Origin: Pseudomonadota bacterium | GTDB lineage: Bacteria; Bdellovibrionota_B; Oligoflexia; Oligoflexales; CAIYRB01 | NCBI GenBank assembly: GCA_031416315.1 | Contig: JANOTL010000118.1 | Span: 1-40,056 of the forward strand | Direction of reading: 5' to 3' | Length of the DNA stretch: 40,056 bases | Part shown: in pieces, positions 34,952 through 40,056 of the stretch | How positions within the stretch are numbered: the stretch's first letter is position 1 | Layout: every line of letters starts with the position of its first letter | Made by a program: the position numbers and the translations under genes | The notes under the pieces: model-generated | What the model was told of the DNA's origin: nothing | Seen by the model: the letters and a program-made list of their open reading frames with translations, nothing else | Databases searched by the model: none

Positions 34952-35848
34952 TCACTTCACTCCAAAACCTTGAGCCCTCAACATCTCGATCAATCCCGTG
35001 CTGCCTACGAGATGACCCGCACCGACGGCCACGAAGCAGTTGCCGCCCGCGCGCAGCTCCCGCAGGAGACCCGGCATCCATTTGCGATTGCGGCCGTCGA
35101 GAAGAGCTTCCTGCTTCGCGCGCGCGGAGTCCATGCCGCCGACGCGGGCGTTGCCGCGTCGGATCGCGGACTCGATGGCCTCGGAATCGCCGGCGCGGTA
35201 GGCCGCGATCAGATCCTTTAGCTCTTGGACGTTCTCCGTCTCGCTCTCGACCAGATCCTCCAAATCCTCGGGGCCGGTGACGCCGGCGAAAGCGACGACG
35301 GCATCGCGCCAGCTTTCCAGGAAGACGATGCGCTTTTGCGCCTTGCGCGCCTCGGCGAGGAAGACGCCGTCCATCGCGGCGACGCCTTTCGGCGCGAGCG
35401 TCTGCAGATAGGCGAGCGCGGCGAACCACGGCGCCGTGTCGGCGAGCGGCAAGGTGCCGACGCGCTGGCCGAGGCGTTGCGCGATCTTCGCGTAGATCTC
35501 GGGCTTCACGGTGACGCCGACGCCCTTGCCGGGCGGCGCCTTGGCGACGCTCATCAACTCGCGGACGTCGATCGCGTCCTGGTCAGCCTCCATGACGTAG
35601 CAGCTCGCCTCGCGGAACGCCGTCCACACCTCGGCCGGCAGCTCGCGCCGCGCGTCGACGCCGACGTGGATCGTGCCGAAGAGCAAGTGCCGCGGACGCG
35701 GCTCGCCCGGGACCGTGACGGTGTAAGCGAGCGGACGCGGCTTGGTCACCGCTAGAGGCTCGCTCGCCACGTTCGGCGCCGAGGCCGTGACGCAGCCGGC
35801 CAAGGCGAGAAGACTGGCGAAAAGAATCGTAACTAACTGTTTTCTCAT
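34952..35848 (-). CDS. TraB/GumN (Tiki-like) family lipoprotein
   Basis: Lipobox LAGC, LFGTIHVG, LLDGRNRKW, FVAVGAGHLVG..GLIEMLRAQGF. Confidence 0.92.
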   Translation of the reverse strand: MRKQLVTILFASLLALAGCVTASAPNVASEPLAVTKPRPLAYTVTVPGEPRPRHLLFGTIHVGVDARRELPAEVWTAFREASCYVMEADQDAIDVRELMSVAKAPPGKGVGVTVKPEIYAKIAQRLGQRVGTLPLADTAPWFAALAYLQTLAPKGVAAMDGVFLAEARKAQKRIVFLESWRDAVVAFAGVTGPEDLEDLVESETENVQELKDLIAAYRAGDSEAIESAIRRGNARVGGMDSARAKQEALLDGRNRKWMPGLLRELRAGGNCFVAVGAGHLVGSTGLIEMLRAQGFGVK

Positions 35849-35937
35849 AATAAATCTCATTCTTGTGGGCGCGTTCTCGGTGGCCTCGTCCTCAGCCCTT
35901 CTCCCCACTCTGCCGAACCTCGCCCCAGGAGAACCGA

Positions 35938-37020
35938 ATGTCCAGGGCGATCACTGCCTTGACCCTGATCTTTCTCGTCAGCCTCGGCACCGCGCCGCGG
36001 GCCTTGGCGCGGGCGGCGCCGTCGCTGGACGCGTTGGGCAAGGACGTCCTCTCCCTCGAGCCCGTTCGCACCCGGCTCGCCGTGAAGACGGCCTTCAACA
36101 TGCTCTCGGCGCGCGGCGAGCTGCGCCTCGAGGTCGGCAACGTCATTTTGCAAACGCGCACCCTCCGTCTGAAGAAGGGCGAGCCCTACGCCTACATCGT
36201 GACCGAGGACGGCGCGCAATACGGCTACGTGCCGCTGGAGACGCTGAAATCCTCGACGACGACGCCACCGAGCGCGGTCACCCCGTACGGCATCCTCGCG
36301 GCGCTTTCGAGCCTAAGCGCCGGGCGCACCTTGAAAGACGCGCTCGGCAACTGGACCGACAACGCCGGCATGAAGCATCTGCCTCAAGCCGCGAAGAAAG
36401 CGATCCACTTGACGGTCGATCTGTGCCCGAACTTCGCGCGCTTCGAGTCGACCTTGTTCGAAGATCTCGAGGACGTGGGCAAGGCGCGCGGCCGCCCGGT
36501 GCCGGTGACGATCTTCGCCAGCGGCCTCTGGCTGAAGGGCTCTGGCGAGCGAAGACGCACCGAGCTCCGTGCCCTGCAAGCCTTCGCGAAAAGCCCGGGC
36601 CTCGCGCTCGCGATCGGCAACCACTCCTACTCGCATCCCTATCTCAAAACCGCCAACACCTCGCGCAACTTCCTCCTGAAGCCGGGTCTCGACCTCGAGC
36701 GCGAGATGCTCGGCAACGAGCTCGAGATTCTGCGCCACGGTCTCGTGCCCGCGCCCTACTTCCGCTTTCCCGGCCTCGTCTCCAGCGCCGCCCTGGAGAA
36801 ATCGGCGCGCGAGAAGCTTTCGCTCGTCGTCGTCGGCAAGGGCAGCTGGCCCGGGCTCGGCGACCCGATCAATTACGGCGACGTCGTGCTCGTGCACGGC
36901 AACGGCGGCGAGCACGTCGGCGTGGTGAAGTTCGAGGACTGGCTCCGCGACCGCCGCGCGGGCCTCGTGAACGGCAGCGTGGAGCTTGCGCCGCCCGAGG
37001 CGAAGTTCGCCGCGCCTTGA
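35938..37020 (+). CDS. Exported polysaccharide deacetylase (CE4/NodB-like)
   Basis: AGGAG RBS, signal peptide, LTVDLC, NHSYSH, YFRFPG, LVHGNG. Confidence 0.78.
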   Translation: MSRAITALTLIFLVSLGTAPRALARAAPSLDALGKDVLSLEPVRTRLAVKTAFNMLSARGELRLEVGNVILQTRTLRLKKGEPYAYIVTEDGAQYGYVPLETLKSSTTTPPSAVTPYGILAALSSLSAGRTLKDALGNWTDNAGMKHLPQAAKKAIHLTVDLCPNFARFESTLFEDLEDVGKARGRPVPVTIFASGLWLKGSGERRRTELRALQAFAKSPGLALAIGNHSYSHPYLKTANTSRNFLLKPGLDLEREMLGNELEILRHGLVPAPYFRFPGLVSSAALEKSAREKLSLVVVGKGSWPGLGDPINYGDVVLVHGNGGEHVGVVKFEDWLRDRRAGLVNGSVELAPPEAKFAAP

Positions 37021-37052
37021 CGCGGGAACGGGTGCACGATAACCCTGGTTTT

Positions 37053-37787
37053 ATGAAGCAGTCGCTCTCGACCTGGCTCGCGGAAGGCCCTTGGACGCTG
37101 ACGATGTCGTCCGGGTTCTTCGGCTTCTACGCCCACTGCGGCGCGCTCGCGGCGCTCGAGGAGGCGGGCTTTCGGCCGAGCGCCGCGCGCGGCTCCAGCG
37201 CCGGCGCGCTGATCACCGGACTCTGGGCCGCGGGTCTCGCCGCGGCCAGCATCGCGCGCGAGCTCGCGGCGCTCAAGCGCCAAGATTTCTGGGATCCTCG
37301 CCCCGGCCTCGGCGTCCTGCGCGGTCGGCTTTTCGACCTACGCCTGCGCCACATGCTGCCGGTGCAGGAGTTCTCGCGCTGCCGCATCCCGTTCGCAGCG
37401 AGCGTCTACGATGTCTTCGCGCGCCGCACCGTCGTCCTCCGCGACGGTGACCTCGCCAGCGTGATCCGCGCCTCCTGCTCCGTTCCCTTCATGTTCCATC
37501 CGGTGTGGATCGGCGGAAGGCCCTACCTCGACGGCGGCATCCTCGATCGCCCGGGCATCGAAGGCATGGCCGAGGGCGAGCGCACGCTCTACCATCACCT
37601 CCTGCCGACCAGCTTCTGGCGCAAAAAGACCAGCCCTTCCGTGCAGATCCCGACGCGCGCCGGCCTGCGACCCTTGGTCGTCACCGGACTGCCGGCGGTG
37701 ACGCCCTTCAAGCTGGAGGAGGGCCCGAAAGCCTTCGAGCGCGCTCGAGCCGCAGTATTGACCGAGCTGGGCCGCTCGAGCGGCTGA
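37053..37787 (+). CDS. Patatin-like phospholipase
   Basis: SSGFFGFYAHCG, GSSAG, ASCSVP, DGG. The track ORF start 35742 is over-extended. Confidence 0.9.
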   Translation: MKQSLSTWLAEGPWTLTMSSGFFGFYAHCGALAALEEAGFRPSAARGSSAGALITGLWAAGLAAASIARELAALKRQDFWDPRPGLGVLRGRLFDLRLRHMLPVQEFSRCRIPFAASVYDVFARRTVVLRDGDLASVIRASCSVPFMFHPVWIGGRPYLDGGILDRPGIEGMAEGERTLYHHLLPTSFWRKKTSPSVQIPTRAGLRPLVVTGLPAVTPFKLEEGPKAFERARAAVLTELGRSSG

Positions 37788-37833
37788 CGGACGGCTATAC
37801 ATCCCCGGGTCATAACTGTTATTCCCGTCCCCT

Positions 37834-38445
37834 ATGGAGCCGAGCGCCCTCATTCGCAAGTCGACGATCGTCTACGGGATCATGATCCTGCTCGGCACGC
37901 TCGTCGTCGCCTTTGGGCACGATCGGCTCGGGCCGGCGCTGGCGCTCCCCGAAGGGCCGATGGAGGGAGGCCGCCTCGTCGCGATCGGCCTACTGGGGGG
38001 CGGACTCCTCCTCGTCCTCAGCTACTTCTTCGAGGACTGGTTCCCGTCCTTCCGCGTCCTGAAGTCGACGATCATGCGCTTTCTCGGCCCGGTGTCGGTA
38101 CCGACGGCGATCTATCTCGCCGTGATCACGAGCTTCGGCGAGGAGCTCCTCTTTCGCGGCGCCGTGCAGCCCTTTGCCGGCCTGGTGTTCACGGCCGTGC
38201 TCTTCGGGCTTCTGCACCTGGGCCAGGACGGGCTCGTCTCGGCTTGGAGCGTCTGGGCCGTGATCGCGGGCCTCCTCCTCGGCTGGATGTACGAGGAGAC
38301 GGGGAGCTTGTGGCCGCCGATCGTGGCGCACTTCAGCGTCAACGTCGTCTCGATCTTGAACTTGCGCCGCGCCTACCGCTCTTGGAAAGAGCACGTGCAA
38401 AAGCACGAGGCGCGGCTCACGCCGCAGGATCTGCGCCCGCCGTGA
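37834..38445 (+). CDS. CPBP/Abi family intramembrane glutamic endopeptidase
   Basis: EELLFRG, FGLLH, H..VN motifs; multi-TM. Confidence 0.9.
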   Translation: MEPSALIRKSTIVYGIMILLGTLVVAFGHDRLGPALALPEGPMEGGRLVAIGLLGGGLLLVLSYFFEDWFPSFRVLKSTIMRFLGPVSVPTAIYLAVITSFGEELLFRGAVQPFAGLVFTAVLFGLLHLGQDGLVSAWSVWAVIAGLLLGWMYEETGSLWPPIVAHFSVNVVSILNLRRAYRSWKEHVQKHEARLTPQDLRPP

Positions 38446-38918
38446 TCGCAGCGCATCCGGAAGTCTGCCTCGTTCAGCCCGAGATTCCGCAAAACACCGG
38501 AAGCATCGCGCGCCTTACCGCGGGCAGCGGCTGCCGTCTGCATCTGATCACGCCTTTCGGCTTCGACGGCGACGACAAGAACCTGCGCCGGGCCGGTCTC
38601 GACTATTGGCCGTTCGTCGACCTCGAGATCCATCACGACCTCGAAACGCTCTTCTCACGCTTCGCGGGGCGCTTCGCGCTCCTGTCGAAAAAGGCGACGC
38701 GTCCCTACTGGGAGATGCCCGCGGACACCGCGCTCTACGTTTTCGGACGGGAGACGACGGGCCTCTCCGACGAGCTCCTGGCGCGCTTTCCGAAAGCCTC
38801 GTACGGGATTCCCATGTATCATCCGGGCGTTCGGAGCTTCAATCTGGCGAATGCGGTCTCGGTCGTCGTCTACGACCGGCTGCAACGCCTCTACGCCCCG
38901 GGAGGCGCTCCCTCGTGA
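38442..38918 (+). CDS. trmL: tRNA (cytidine/uridine-34 2'-O)-methyltransferase
   Basis: PEIPQNTGSIAR, LRRAGLDYW, FGRETTGL, IPM..VRSFNLAN. GTGA overlap with the upstream gene. Confidence 0.92.
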   Translation: MIAAHPEVCLVQPEIPQNTGSIARLTAGSGCRLHLITPFGFDGDDKNLRRAGLDYWPFVDLEIHHDLETLFSRFAGRFALLSKKATRPYWEMPADTALYVFGRETTGLSDELLARFPKASYGIPMYHPGVRSFNLANAVSVVVYDRLQRLYAPGGAPS

Positions 38919-40051
38919 CCGCCACGCATCCAAAAAAGCCCGACGCCGCCTGGCTCGCCCGCTATCTCGAGCCCTCGATCATCGGCGCGCCCGCGTACAA
39001 GATCGACACGCCCTCGGTCGACATCAAGCTCGACCAGAACGAGAGTCCGTGGGACTGGCCGGAGTCGATCAAAAGAAAGATCGTCGACCGCCTCATGGCG
39101 AAGTCCTGGAACCGCTACCCCGGCGCCTTCACCGATGAGCTGGCCGACAAGGTCGCCGTGTACGGGGGCTTCGCGCCCGGCTCGATTCTCCTCGGGCCCG
39201 GCTCGAACTACCTCGTAAGCCTGACGCTCACCGTCTTCTCGAAAGGCTTCCTGCGCAAAGACGGCGACGCACGCCTCGTGATCGCGCGGCCCAGCTTCCC
39301 GCTTTACGAGTCGCACTGTAGATACGAAGGCATTCCGTACGAGCCCTGGCTCCTGAACGCGGACATGGAGTACGACGAAAAACTCTTGCCGACGCTCGGT
39401 CACGGCTCGATGGTCGTCTTCGCCTCGCCGAACAATCCGGTGGGCAACGCCTTGCCGAAGGCGACCCTGAAGCGTCTTCTCGAGAAGCATCCGACGACGC
39501 TCTTCGTCGCCGACGAAGCCTATTGCGAATACACCGCGGAGCAATACGGCGACCTTCTCGCCGAGCATGCGAACCTCGTCCTGATCCGCACTTTCTCGAA
39601 AACTTTGGGCTGCGCCGGCGTCCGCATCGGCTACGTCGCGGCGCATCCCGAGTACCTCGGCTTCCTGAAGAAGCTCCGCCTCCCCTACCTCCTGAACCAT
39701 TTCAGCATCGCCGCGGGCGAGGTGATCCTCGAGGACCCCGAGACGAAAGCCTACCTTGAGCGCACGCGCACTAACGCGATCCGCGAGCGCGGCCGGGTCT
39801 ATGAGGGCATGAGCGCGCTCGCTTCGGCCGGCGGCTTCTTCGTGAAAAAGTCCGAGGCGAATTTCGTGCTGGTCAAATGGCCGACGCAGGCTGCTGCCAT
39901 CGCCGCCTACGAGACGCTGATCCGGGAGCGCATTCTCGTGCGCAACGTCTCCGCTGGACCAGGCCTCGAAGGCTGCCTGCGCATCACGGTCGGCGACGAG
40001 CGGGAGAACGAGCGTCTCTTGGTCGCCGCACGCAAGCTCGCCGTCAGATGA
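38915..40051 (+). CDS. hisC: Histidinol-phosphate aminotransferase
   Basis: KLDQNESP, NRYP, SPNNPVG, DEAY, RTFSK..AGVRIGY, ANF, LRITVG. GGAGG RBS and GTGA overlap. Confidence 0.9.
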   Translation: MTATHPKKPDAAWLARYLEPSIIGAPAYKIDTPSVDIKLDQNESPWDWPESIKRKIVDRLMAKSWNRYPGAFTDELADKVAVYGGFAPGSILLGPGSNYLVSLTLTVFSKGFLRKDGDARLVIARPSFPLYESHCRYEGIPYEPWLLNADMEYDEKLLPTLGHGSMVVFASPNNPVGNALPKATLKRLLEKHPTTLFVADEAYCEYTAEQYGDLLAEHANLVLIRTFSKTLGCAGVRIGYVAAHPEYLGFLKKLRLPYLLNHFSIAAGEVILEDPETKAYLERTRTNAIRERGRVYEGMSALASAGGFFVKKSEANFVLVKWPTQAAAIAAYETLIRERILVRNVSAGPGLEGCLRITVGDERENERLLVAARKLAVR

Positions 40052-40056
40052 CGGCG

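Noticed and set aside
35742..37052. 681-aa patatin fusion
   Set aside because: Off-frame read through the deacetylase gene; patatin begins at 37053.

Overview
High-GC (roughly two-thirds G+C by eye), gene-dense bacterial chromosomal segment with about 26 CDS. I see no rRNA, tRNA, CRISPR array or mobile element. The content (many Cys-containing lipoproteins, AgmU/AglT/AgmX-like genes, PilT, TCAAG-N14-GCCGAT promoters) suggests a Bdellovibrionota/Oligoflexia-like or Myxococcota-like organism; this is inference. Housekeeping genes are yitJ, murJ, pilT, trmL, hisC and several peptidases. The most notable items are: (1) a Glt/Agm-like TPR cluster containing a trypsin lipoprotein that runs, via a CTERM-like anchor and a second internal signal peptide, into another exported domain (candidate polyprotein); (2) a PilT with a degenerate duplicated N-domain and a long Q/P/M/G-rich linker carrying MTSLPF repeats; (3) a set of sigma28-type promoters in front of non-flagellar surface-protein genes and pilT; (4) a six-gene operon of Ig adhesin, beta-barrel, LysM protein and three peptide hydrolases. 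Many ORF-track starts are over-extended and were corrected by eye. The first gene (<1..1737, minus) is missing from the track. All family calls come from motif recognition, not database searches.
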